A DNA stretch of 61,622 nt, counting the filler, from Sphacelaria rigidula (Eukaryota), in assembly GCA_964200075.2 (NCBI GenBank). It is 4 parts of 4 records of this genome, joined end to end, with 100 filler letters (N's around TTAATTAATTAA, not from the genome) between each part and the next. Parts side by side here need not be neighbours in the genome. Positions count along the whole stretch, not along the records: positions 46,297 to 61,622 come from CAXNAA020001795.1; 3 more parts are not named here. The stretch is one strand, 5' to 3'. A model generated the notes under the pieces. The model worked only from the letters and a program-made list of their open reading frames with translations, searched no databases and was not told the DNA's origin. Both the position numbers and the translations under genes were made by a program. This document shows positions 49,501 to 61,622 of this stretch, one piece after another (positions within the stretch are counted from its first letter, which is position 1; each line of letters opens with the position of its first letter).

Positions 49501-52500
49501 GATGTGCCGTCACCGAAACCCTCCAGTAATACGAATCCAGCAGGAAGCGAGTCTAGCCACGCACCAACGGTCGAAGAAAGAGAAGAAGTTGCGGCGGCCG
49601 CCGAACATATTGCCACCAACAAGAACCACAAAGCACAAGTTTGGGTACAGGCAAAAATCTGGTATCCCCCTAAGTTGAGCATGCGACTTCCTGTCTCCGT
49701 CCTGTTGGACACGGGTGCTAGTGGGGGAAACTACGTGTCCGGTACTTTCTGGCAGTCGATTTGTAAGTGGGGAGGAATACCGGATGGCCAACTAGATAAG
49801 AGAGGTGCAGGCACGTTGAGGGGAGCAAACCCGGAGGAAAACAAGGTACCACCGATGTGAATTCTAGGCTCCTCTACAATACCAGTCATCTTTCCCCCGG
49901 AAGATAAAGTACGCAACATCGCAGCACGTGTAGTCAAGAGCTTTCCATACGCACTGGTACTGGGCGCTGCATTCTTCCGCAAACACTCAAGCGTCCTCTC
50001 ATTTGACAAACATCAAGGATTCCGCCCCACACCCGACGCACCATGGATACCGCTCGACACCCATAGCTCGGTACTCTCCCCTAATACTGAACCATCAAGT
50101 GCGACCCCGTTGGCTGCGAAAGACATTCAAGCATCAAATGGTTCGGAGAAAATGTCTGACGTAGAAAAGGCCACCATAGAAGCGTAGAGTGTCAAAACAA
50201 ATGGCACACCATTGGAATCAGCCCCGTTATCGGCAGGAGGTGTACAAGCGTCGAATGATCCCAAAGTTACACCTGACGTAGCCGAGGTATTATGGGACAC
50301 GTTCTGTGCTGTCATACCCGGGGAAGAAGTTGAAGAACCAGAGCTGTACACCCCGTCTACACTAGACACCTTCAACCCCTCCATCGCAACCATCACAGAC
50401 AGGATAGTAAGTAACACATTCATGGGTAAGGTAGTTTGGGAAGACGACGGTACTCTGCAGTGGGCATTCTCCCTACCCTCGCCGCTGCAACTACCAGGTT
50501 TTGTCAGCACAGCAGTAGAGGGACGCACCAAGGGTCCCCTCTCTCAAGTACGGCAACTGGTACTGATACTACCTACCGAGGATTACGATTTAGAGAAAGG
50601 TGCGGTGCTAGGTGTAGCGAGAGGTATTCAGTGGTGGGAGCCAGGTACACCCCTAGTATGCAAGACAGTGAACAGGAGCCCCAACCAGAGCCTCATCGAG
50701 GCAAGAAAACAGATAGCACAGATAGTGGCGATCAATACCGATGACGAGGAACGCTTCCACGCGCTATTCCTCCCATCTAACCCCGAAAACAGCGAGGACG
50801 ACACATCACACTATACACAAACATGGACGTCACATGAAGTCAACGACGAAGGAAAAGAGACGGACGAGAGCACAATCATGTCCAATCTCAATGACGCCAA
50901 CCTCGGACAGCTCAGCACCCCTGATATACAAAAGCTTTTATCACTGCTAGACGAGTTCCGACATCAAGGAATCTTCCCAGCAGACCCGAAAAAAGTCCGC
51001 CCCTGCGACCAAGGTAAGATTCGTATTCCGTTGAGAGATGAACGATGTAAACCTGTGGCAACAAAGCAGCGACGTTTTTCACCCGCCGAAACTGAAGCAA
51101 TACAAGCCGAAGTAGAAAAATTGTACCAGCGATGTATTATTCGTCGGTCAGAGTCGGAATGGACAGCAAGATTACTCGCGGTACCAAAAAAAGACGGCAC
51201 GCTACGCCTGTGCCATGACTACAGGGAACTGAATGATCTCACGGAAACAGACAGCGGGGGTCTGGGGGACATCGAGAGCATGCACGACAGGTTAGGTTAA
51301 GTGGTAACAAATGTTTTCCCACATTAGATCTCGCCTCAGGGTACTTTCAACTCGAAGTCGAGGAGAATGGCAAACACAAAACAGCCTTCAGAGACGCCCT
51401 CGGCCAACTTTGGGAATACAACAGGTGTAGCTTTGGATTGAAAAACCTCCCATCCGGCTTCACCAGAGGTATATCCAAAACCCTGGGCTCCCTTATAGGT
51501 AAAGGAGTTCAGGTATAGTTGGACGAGATCCTCATCTTCAGCAAAATATTCTCTGAACACCTATACCTAATACGAAACGTTCTCTCGGCTCTGTTGGAAG
51601 CGAAATACTCTGTTCACTTTGCAAAGTCGTCATGGTGCATGCCTAACCAGGAATTCCTGGGGATGGTGATCGACCGCGAGGGAAGACGTCCAGCCTCATC
51701 CAAAATCGAGGCATTCAGTAAACTCTCACCCCCGAACACGGTAGAAGAGCTACGGGCTTCCCTCCGCATGACCGGTTAAATGCGATCATTCGTCAACCAT
51801 TACAGCATTATCGCGGCCTCCCTGACCGACGTCCTACGTGATCCCCGCTTTCAGTCAAAACGCGCTAGAAAACTAAAATCCCTTGGGACGACGGAAAGCA
51901 ACAATCTTTCGACAAGCTGAAAGAGGCACTCATATCCCCACCGGTTCTAGCATACCCCTCGTGGGAACACCCCTTCACCCTACACACCGATGCGAGTATT
52001 TTGGGGGCTGACGCGACACTGTGCCAAACGATAGATGGCGTCGAGAAGGTAGTAGCATACGCTAGTAATCGGTTCTCGCGTACAGACTCACTGAGGGCAG
52101 CAACGCATCGAGAATGCATGGCCGTATTGTGGGCGACGGGACACTTCAGACCATATATTACGGGTAGGAGATCTGACCTCGTTACAGATTGCAGCGCACT
52201 ACTCTGGTTATTCATAAGTAGAGATCTCGAACCCAAATTACATCGATGCGCCTTACGATTGATGGAGTACGACATGACGCTACGCTGGAGAGCAGGCACA
52301 TGCCACCAACTCCCCGATGCTTTATCCCGCCTATTTGGCAACACCGCAGAAGGTACAGATGTTGACGACGCTTTTCCGGATGACTCCACCCTAAAATCCG
52401 ACCGGTGCACGAAGGGCCCGCAAGGACCGGTGTTGGACGGAGTCCCCTTAAGCCAGCTAGGGGAAGAGAAATTGATACTGGTGGGATCTGCTTCCATCAC

Positions 52501-55500
52501 AGCGTTGTGGTCGATGACATCCCCGATAGACAGCAAGGACTCCCCTACAAATGCATTCACACAGCAAGAACCTGGCCAGATATCTGACACACAAACGCAT
52601 GAAGCGGAAGTAAGTGGAACGATGACTCAGTTGTCGGAAATGCCATTTTCCCGAGAAAAGGTGGCAGCGCTGCATGATGACGTCCAAAATGAACCACGCA
52701 GATCGAATAGAGCCCGCACCCGTTCTGTCAGACTCAAGGACTTCATAACCGACGAACCCATTTCCGTACCGCAAAGCATTCCTCCAACCCACACAGACTC
52801 CCAGCGGACACTGTCGAGCAGCCAGGAATCGAGTCCGGTTATCGTCGAGGAACACAAGAACATCCACTCCCCATAGTCACGACTCAGTCATCAACAGAGC
52901 GATCAATACTCTATCTGATTTACCCAGACTAATCGAGAACCAGAAAAACGACCTTCACCTGCCAGATCCGAGCTTCTCTACTCAACGAGACGGAAAAGGC
53001 ATCAGGAATTACATCAGATAGCTACATCAGAGACGACCATGGCCTGTTGTGGCACACCGGAAATAAGGATAGACCAACGCTAGCCATTCCACGACAGCTT
53101 GTTCCTGACCTAATAGCACTTGTACACGCAGACTACGGACACACGGGAGTAGCGCACACCACGATCCTGCTACGAAATCATTTTCACTGGAACAGTATGA
53201 ACAAAGACTGCCGTGACTACGTTCTCGTGCGGCTGCAGACGCAGGGAAAGAGCACAAACTCAACAGGTGGCAATGCCACCGAGCCGACTTCTACTCCACT
53301 GGGATGTGCTAGAGATCGACTTTCAGGATATGCATTGTACATCCGCATCAGGCAATCGATACATACTACTGATCGTCGACCGAGCTTCGAAGTTCCTCTT
53401 TGCATATCCCACACCTACGAAGGAGTCAGCACCGGTAGCCCGCATCCTGCTGAACCTGTGTCTAACATTCGGCATACCCAGATCTATCCGCAGCGACAAA
53501 GGGGGAGAGTTTGCAGCAAGTGTAGTAAGGGATCTATGCAGATAGCTCAGGGTATCTCTGGACTACAGACCCGCAGATCACCCGAGAGGTCAGGGGGCAG
53601 TTGAAAGGGCGGGGGCTTGGATGCATGACACACTCTCCGAACTATGCAAATCATGGCCTGACAGGTGAGACGAGTACGTGGATCCAGCATGCTGGATCAA
53701 ACGTACACTTCCAGACCCATCCGTCCCTTCCAATATGTCCCCGTTTCAAATTCTTTTCGGCCGAGATCCAAGAACCACTCTAGACATCCTAGTACCACAG
53801 ATGGACGGTGATGACTCCGCGACAGGCCTGGACAACTTCGTTGAACAGAGGAAACGAAAACTAGACCAGGTTAAGCGGGTCCTGGAAACAAGACAGCAGA
53901 ACAAACAAAAAGAAAGACAGAGGCTTAACACAAAAATCATAGGCACTCCCCAGGAGCGTCGGCAAAATAGGAGATCTGATGCTTGTTCGAGAACCAAAAA
54001 GTACGTTGCAGAGGGATGGTCAGCACCAAAAACTAACACACGAAAAATGGACGGGACCGTGGGAGGTAACAGCAACCCCTATTCCGCGAATCAGTGTAGA
54101 GGTATCGATGCAAGGAAGGAAACTACGCCACAGGACAGTCTCCACCACGGCTCTTAAACCGTTTCATCAACGTCGACCTGAACCGAGACACGCAATGGAA
54201 GATGAGTTCGCCCAGCTAGCTTGGGGACCGGACCTAGGACACGCTGACATCTCTACAGTAGCCTCACCTCTGTACACACTAACGAACAGGAAGACTACAA
54301 CTACGGCACCTACACCAACGGTGTGGGAGTATAAAGGCAGGTACAGGATGGACAGGAACCCGACTGGCTGACGGAAGCGGAAGTGTTGGACAGCTTTTCC
54401 CCCCTCCAACTAGATGTGTTTCATGCCATATGGGACATGTATCACCCGTCGGTGAGACCCTACCCACAATGTAACAGGGACGAGTCCACGCAGACAAAAG
54501 ACAGGGACGAGGCGCTGATCATATACCCGATGGGAACACAGGTGAGACGTTCTGCAGACGACGGAGTAGGCGAAGGAGTAGGGACAGGCGAGGTATATGA
54601 TTACCTTGATCCATACTGGCGAGTGAAATACCCGAACGGTGAGTGGTTGGAGTTCAGCAGAGGGGAAATGCGTAAATTAACATTTTCGACGTAAGTGATA
54701 CCCAACACGCCCCGTCACTGAATCTACGCCATCAGACGCGTATCCTCCCGAGTGAGGGCCCCACAGGTGCAAAACCCAACGCAGGGTTGAACAAGAGGAA
54801 ACGAGCACTCAAGCTCGGATACGCTACCGGAGATGAGAAAATTTCGGGTCCCATGGGTGCAGCCGAGAATTGGGTGCAGCCGAAAGGGGTCTCTATCCCG
54901 TATTCCCAACCACAGAGGTGTGAGTGGAGTTTCCTCCTTCCATTTCACACGGCCTTCGATCGATTACGCTCGTTTCTACTCAATAAGTGGTACCTGGTCA
55001 ACCACTTGGCGAATGTATTGAGGCGGGATGTTACAGGGTGGATAATGACCGTGTATAGTAGACTATGGAGCAATTGGATCATGGCTACACCTCCTTCAGT
55101 CTAATGGTGACTTGGTGGGAAATATATAGTGTGACTTTGCCCCCCACTGGGTCACAAGTGAAAGCACACGAAAGCAACCAATTCTGAAGGCAAACTGATA
55201 ATCGTCTCCCGACTATTGTATTGCACTTCACATCTGCTGACCGCTGCTAACAACACCCATCATCCGCCAAGAATCGATCCACATGCTGAGCAAGGTGCTT
55301 GCACACATCTTCACTTCTGCATTTGGACTGAAACAGGCAAGATCCAACCGGTATTCTGTGGTTCCTACCGTAGGTCTGACCGTGTCGGATTGAAAGTGTC
55401 ATGGTAATGAAGTGGCCAGCGAAGCCTGGTGTGAAACGTGTCCCCGACTGGTAGAGGTCCCTGCGTACCTAACACTGGGACATCTTTGCGTCCGCGACGT

Positions 55501-57214
55501 GGTGCCCGATTCGAGAGAGCAGGAGAGACAAACGCACGCACTCAGCGTGAGGTTCTCAGGATGAAATGTTGACCGCAGCCAGGCCAGCAGTGAAGTGGAT
55601 TTGTCTTTTTTTTGTTACGTATTGTCTCTGCGTTACAACCTCTCAATCGTCATGGCGTGCAAGCATTTGACCCCGAGTCAGAGGAACAATTAGCTGCCTC
55701 ATCCTGCCTTTCATATGCGGTAGTCTCCATTACGCTGTAATACATCAAAACTCTCGACGGCAAACACGGCGCGAGGTGCGCTGGAAAGGTGCGTGAGCAA
55801 TCGTGGTTGCACGCCATGCTCGCAGTTTTTGAGACATCAAAGCTTTGCCGAACGAGGGTGGAACAAAATATCACATGGGTGCAGCTGCATGTGCACCCAT
55901 TTGATTATTGTAGTATACTACTGTTTCGCCAAAGACGCAGAAGTCATTGCAGTGTGAGGTAAACAGATTAACCCAGCATGAAGCTGCTGTACCATCAGTG
56001 ATAAATGGTAACAGCGGTCGGCCTCGCAGCAGCATAAGGTACAACCCATCACCAGAGGTGTTCGCAGGTGCCCGCCTGAGCAACTTGCCCAGTAGGGTCC
56101 GCAGTTTTTTTTGTGTGCCAGAGCGGATCGTTTTTTTCGCGGGATTCTCCCGCAGACGGTCTGTAAAACACTCAATACATGCATGCGACTTGATACCACG
56201 AAGCAGTGCGCTTCGCCTCAGCAAACACGGGCAAGTCAAACAGGTGGGGTGCAAATATAGATTACACGCATAATACAGCGCAGCATGATGAGAGCTGTAC
56301 GAGCACTGTAGAGTTTGGGATATTGTACCGAGGGCCTGAAAACTAGAACACTACCCAGGCATATGTAAAGCAGCGGGTAGCTAGGTTGGACTGAACACAA
56401 GGAATGCATGTTTTTCTTTCTTTTGTGCGAGGCAATGAAATATGTTTTCCCGGGTAGCGGCTTAGATCAACTTTCGCATGAAACTACACTAAGGCAGACC
56501 TGACGTGTAATCTATGCATGATATTTATATGATACACACTTGGGATTTTCATCAAAATGAAATAATATTCCACATCACGAAACACATCTCACATGCAATG
56601 CTCGAAATAACTACAGCCGCTACCACTGGAAATTGTTTTTGTCATAGACCGCAGGAAAAAAGAAAAAACGCGACATCCGTCACTGTTTGTCCACACGCGA
56701 CACCCACGCCGTACTTTTTTTCTGGTCACTCATGAAGCGTAAGTCCTTCTCTTGATGCGACTAAATATTGATCATGCATGTGAGCACCCACATCGCTCAT
56801 ACCACGTGACGTGATGGACATAACGATCGACAATCCTCGCACCCAAGGCAAGTCGTGTTCTCCCGGGCAGGATCAATGGTGAAGACACAGACTGACCCGA
56901 GAGCCCTAAAGTAGACTACTTTGGGAGCCGTTGACTCCAAAAATGAATTGCTTGCCAACGATGATGGTTGTTCTACAGTTACCCCGTTGAAACACTCGAC
57001 GATCATATCAGTGTAACATTTTATGCTGTCACTACAATCGAAGTGCGATCATCACCGCATATCTACATGTACATTACCTTGGCACCGAGGTAGCTCGTAC
57101 ACTTCTACACTCACAACAACATTATTGACGATACATGGATCGGTCTCCCGTCAGTTCACAAGGGTACGAAGTAATTAACTACTCCCGGGGGTCAGCATTG
57201 TTTATGGGAGAGTA

Positions 57215-57391
57215 TGATTGTAGTTATATATAAATGCTCTCGGCACATCGATGAACTACAAGAAACAACGGGCAATGCGCAGAGACCCCCACCATGGATG
57301 TAGGGTCCGAACCGCGGTAATACACGGGTTACTGACCCGCACGACTCTGGACTACAGCCACACTTGATCACCCCGTACCCCCTGACGTACA
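57215..57391 (+). repeat. Putative shared central LTR
   Basis: Nearly identical to 46372-46552; PPT-like tract upstream, PBS-like site and leader downstream. Confidence 0.6.
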
Positions 57392-58445
57392 TGACTCCCC
57401 ACGCGCAAATTCTCCGCGCACAATATTACCCGAACCGTTGATACATGGACAACTGGCGAGACTAATCGGAACTCATGAACTTTTTTTTTGTGCGAGACAT
57501 GAGCCCAGTCCTTTTTTTTTATAACTTTTACGCATGATCGGTAACAAAACGTGTTCCCCAGTCTTTGTTCACCCCTGAAGGGACAGGTGACCACCTCTGA
57601 TGAAGAAACACGATGCTCAACCTTTCCATCAACAACAACCCTGAAATGCCGATCAATATTATCACCTAACATGACAACATTATGTATCAACAACCCAGTC
57701 AACTGACTATAGATACAGACAGACCACCCCCCCCCCCAAAAAAAAAAGGGGGGGAAAGGCTCATGTCCCGCACAAAATATATCGTCATCCAGGATCGTTT
57801 AACCGCAGGCGATCATCAACCAGCGTTTCATTTTTTCTTCTCTTCTCTTCTTTTGTTTTTACACATTGGTTCTTCAGCCCCACATTTTTTTTCTTTCTTT
57901 CTTTCTGTCTTCTTTTTTCCCCGCATTGTGTTGTACGTCGATTCACGCCCAACATAAACTCGAGGTATACTTCACCTGCTGGGTAAGCACCGACGGGGAT
58001 CCAAGTGTTACTAATATTAGTTTGTATTATCAATATTCATTTTTTCTTTCAGGCGAAGTTTTTGGTTCATTTGATTTTAGCAGCTCAATAAAATAGCGAG
58101 TAACTACCACTTGGTTTATTATCGGTCCGTACTTATTCTTGTTTTTTTTTACCGGCATCTCCTACGCCGTTCGGTACACCCTCGACATAGATTCAAGTAA
58201 CAACCCCACAGAGCATGCGTAGCATACACACTCATGCACTGAAACACCGTACGCACATCCTCACGCTACTCCCCACAGGTAAGCATGAACATGTACGCGC
58301 ATGCCGCTGCGATCGGACAAGTGGGGGGAGCCTACCAGCACGCACCCCCCCAGGCTCAACCGGTCCAAATACCGGCCCCGGCAGCCCAACCCCCCCCCCC
58401 CGCCTGCCGGTGGTGGTTGGTATATCGCCCCCGTAGGACAACATG

Positions 58446-58510
58446 CTCCGTCTCGAAAGGGATGCGTGGTCAATGGTCAAATGACTAAGGCAAGCAACAA
58501 ATGAGTACGC
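58446..58510 (+). mobile_element. 5'-truncated LINE insertion with 15-16 bp TSD
   Basis: CCGTAGGACAACATG duplicated at 58431-58445 and 58511-58525; empty site in copy 1 at ~47576-47590. Confidence 0.88.
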
Positions 58511-61500
58511 CCGTAGGACAACATGGTGCTCCTGCTCCTTACCCCCCTCCCCAGCAACAACCAGCACAGGGAGTAATCCATCCACAATAAGGAAATCTAG
58601 TGCCGCCTCCACCCTCACCACGCCCTTATCCACAAGCTGCTAACCAGCACCCCCAGGGGTACGCGCAACCACCAACCGTACCAGTAACCATAGCCAACCA
58701 GGGAGGCGGGTCGTCGGCACAACAACAGACGCTCCAGCCGGGCGCCAACGTCGCCTCACAGGGGAACCCAGGTATGACATACAACCATAAACTAACTTCG
58801 GACGCACGCAGTAAAGCCATCCGCCGCATACACAGTAAGCTAGGAAATGTTTCAGAGCCGGTTTTTGTCGGACTAGGTGGGGGCGAACTAGAAACATCAC
58901 ACACTACATGCGAAGTTATATTCGCTGACAAGCTAGCTAAGACTCTCAGAAACATGGACCAAGGGATATGGGCCCTCCCTAATGACACCAACACTCGAAC
59001 AGGAGTTTACCGTCCACTCCCTGAAGGGATATCTTCTTCCCGTAGAGAGCTACTTAGCGAACTACTGGCTGATTATCTAGGCACTCACGACGAACTACAA
59101 AGCGGCAGAGCTGTGGAAGTCCCCACTATCCACGGGTCATTCATAACGCTACAACCCGACGAAGTCTCAGTAACGGCATGGCTCCGTAAACTAGTACGGG
59201 AATCCGCCCTCCAACCCGGAGCAACAGAGAAAGTCGCGCGACTCGCCCTAGATAACATAACGATCAAACAAGTGGAAGCTTGGTCGGCCGCCGCACGCCG
59301 CCTAGTGTTGCTCTACAGAGCCTTCACTGTAGACTCTGAAATGCCTCATGCATCCGAAGAGATCTATTTTTGGAGATATATTTCCGAGACCCACCTCAAT
59401 GATCTAATTTAACGAGCTCTCAGACTCCTCACCCCCGCTGCCCTGGACCAGTCTAGTCTGCAATCGATCATGCACCACCAGGTGATGAGAGTGTCACTAG
59501 AACTACGACCCTTGCGGGTAGAAGCTCAACATTCATTGGGAGCGAGAATGGCGAACAGAGGGAATGTAGCTGAGAGAATTTTCTTCGACTTTGTGAAGCT
59601 GTGGGGAAACAGAAGCACTGCGTACCTAGACTCAACACCCACCACCAAGCCTACCTCCGCTCACGCAATACGTCCCGCGCAGCGTCCATCGCTGAACTCC
59701 GCGCCCTCATGGGACAGTCGAAACAAGATCTGGAAAAGGCACTCCTTGCCAGACACAACGCGATAGTAGCATGCAACGTAGGCAGCGTGAACATACAACC
59801 AAACCCGACCTTGTGCTCTAATTCCCAACAAAGTATATGGCAAGCGCCAAGCCTATCGTGTCATCACTGCGCACCTACATGCCAGACAGCAAATCCTACC
59901 TTGAGTTGTCATAACACAGTAGCAGCCTTTTCCAACCAACCCGCCTCAATACCGGGTCAGCACGGTGTACCTTTCTCTGGGAAACCCCAACAATTCAATA
60001 ACAACTCGCACGCAAGTACATACCAGGGAGGTTCCCCACCAACTACAACCCAGGGCCAAGTGGGCACTGCTACGATCAACAACCCTCCACGTACGGAGAT
60101 AATCGATTTCTTGCGCAACGCACGAATTTGCTTTCGACACGCCTTTTGGGTAGAGTGCACACACCAAGCTGACGAATCAGAACAACCCAACAAAAAACGC
60201 CGCATCACGGTAATCCCTGAGCAACTTGAAATGATTTCCGCTATTACCGGACTCGAATTTGAGAGCGAACACGAAGACGGAGTAGAGCACACCACCTGAA
60301 GGTGCGCCCCAGGTAGGACCTCACTCCCGGGGAACCTTAACGATGTGCCGTCACCGAAACGCTCCAGTAGTACGAATCCAGCAGGAAGCGAGTCTAGCCA
60401 CGTACCAACGGTCGAAGAAAGAGAAGAAGTTGCGGCGGCCGCCGAACGTATTGCCACCAACAAGAACCGCAAAGCACAAGTTTGGGTACAGGCAAAAATC
60501 TGGCATCCCCATAAGTTGAGCATGCGACTTTTCCTGTCTCCGTCCTGTAGGACACGGGTGCTGGTGGGGGAAACTACGTGTCCGGTACTTTCTGGCAGTC
60601 AATTTGTAAGTGGGGAGGAATACCGGACCGCCAACTAGATAAGAGAGGTGCAGGCGCGTTGAGGGCAGCAAACCCGGAGGAAAACAAGGCACCACCGATG
60701 GATATTCTAGGCTCCTCTACAATACCAGTCATCTTTCCCCCGGAAGATAAACTACGCAACATTGCAGTACGTGTAGTCAAGATCTTTCCATACGCACTGG
60801 TACTGGGCGCTGCATTCTTCCGCAAACACTCAAGCGTCCTATCATTTGACAAACATCAAGGATTCTGCCCCACACCCGACGCACCATGGATACTGCTCGG
60901 CACCCGTAGCTCGATACTCTCCCCTAATACTGAACCATCAAGTGCGACCCCGTTGGCTGCGAAAGACATTCAAGCATCAAATGATTCGGAGAAAATGTCT
61001 GACGTAGAAAGGGCCACCACAGAAGCCCAGAGTGTCACAACAAATGGCACATCATCGGAATTAGCCCCGTTATCGGCAGAAGGTGTACAAGCGTCGAATG
61101 ATCCGAAGGTTACACCTGACGTAGCCGAGGTATTATGGGGCATGTTCTGTGCTGTCATACCCGGGGAAGAAGTTGAAGAACCAGAGCTGTACACCCCGTC
61201 TACGCTAGACGCCTTCAACCCCTCCATCGCAACCATCGCAGACAGCATAGTAAGTAACACATTCATGGGTGAGGCAGTTTGGGAAGACGACGATACTCTG
61301 CAGTGGGCATTTTCCCTACCCTCGTCGCTGCAACTACCAGGCTTTGTTAGCACAGCAGTAGAGGGACGCACCAAGGGTCCCCTCTCTCAAGTGCGGCAAC
61401 TGGTACTGATACTGCCTACCGAGGATTACGATTTAGAGAAAGGTGTGGTGCTAGGCGTAGCGAGAGGTATTCAGTGGTGGGAGCCAGGTACACCCGTAAT

Positions 61501-61622
61501 ATGCAAGATAGTGAACAGGAGCCCCGACCAGAGCCTCATCGAGGCAAGAAAATAGATAGCACAGATAGTGGCGGTCAATATCGATGACGAGGAACGCTGA
61601 GTCATCCTACGATAGGGGGGGG

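Larger units (their letters stand above)
46372..57391 (+). mobile_element. Ty3/gypsy element, family 2 copy 1 (near full length, pseudogenised)
   Basis: gag ~47431-49458; protease VLLDTGAS at ~49.7 kb; RT 51.0-51.8 kb (YLDD mutated to *LDE); RNaseH HTDAS..DALSR; IN HHCC, IDF, SDKGGEF, GAVER; WTGPW; chromo- and Tudor-like end at 54694; PPT-like GGGAGAG at 57206-57212. Confidence 0.9.
57215..61598 (+). mobile_element. Ty3/gypsy family 2 copy 2 (LTR-leader-gag-PR, truncated)
   Basis: Colinear with 46372-50755 but carries different stops and frameshifts. Confidence 0.9.

Noticed and set aside
51865-52590. 241-aa antisense ORF and similar antisense ORFs in gypsy elements
   Set aside because: Shadow frames of pol and gag
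8587-61622. A giant intron of over 50 kb in the RSPH4/6 gene
   Set aside because: The segments are separate scaffolds; the contig ends at 15334

Overview
Eukaryotic, ~50% GC, transposon-dense DNA. Brown alga/stramenopile origin is inferred from the intron style and repeat families. The window is not contiguous: four segments of 15334, 15332, 15330 and 15326 bp are joined by identical 100-bp N44-TTAATTAATTAA-N44 spacers, which looks like size-sorted unplaced scaffolds. Segment 1 has the last four exons of a flagellar radial spoke head gene (RSPH4/6 family, minus strand, with a GC-AG intron), several MITEs and a defective Ty1/copia element. Segments 2 and 3 each carry a decayed copy of one Ty3/gypsy family, plus LINE and SINE fragments, and segment 3 also has a DIRS/Ngaro-type tyrosine recombinase pseudogene. 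Segment 4 is a tandem LTR-internal-LTR-internal array of a second Ty3/gypsy family. The most notable signal is that both gypsy families end their integrase with a chromodomain-like region followed by a second putative Royal-family reader (PWWP/Tudor-like). The segment-4 family also has a CCCH zinc finger in Gag, a conserved in-frame UGA plus hairpin at the gag-pol junction, splice signals in its leader and a 2.5-kb extra 3' region. All domain calls were made by eye, without database searches.
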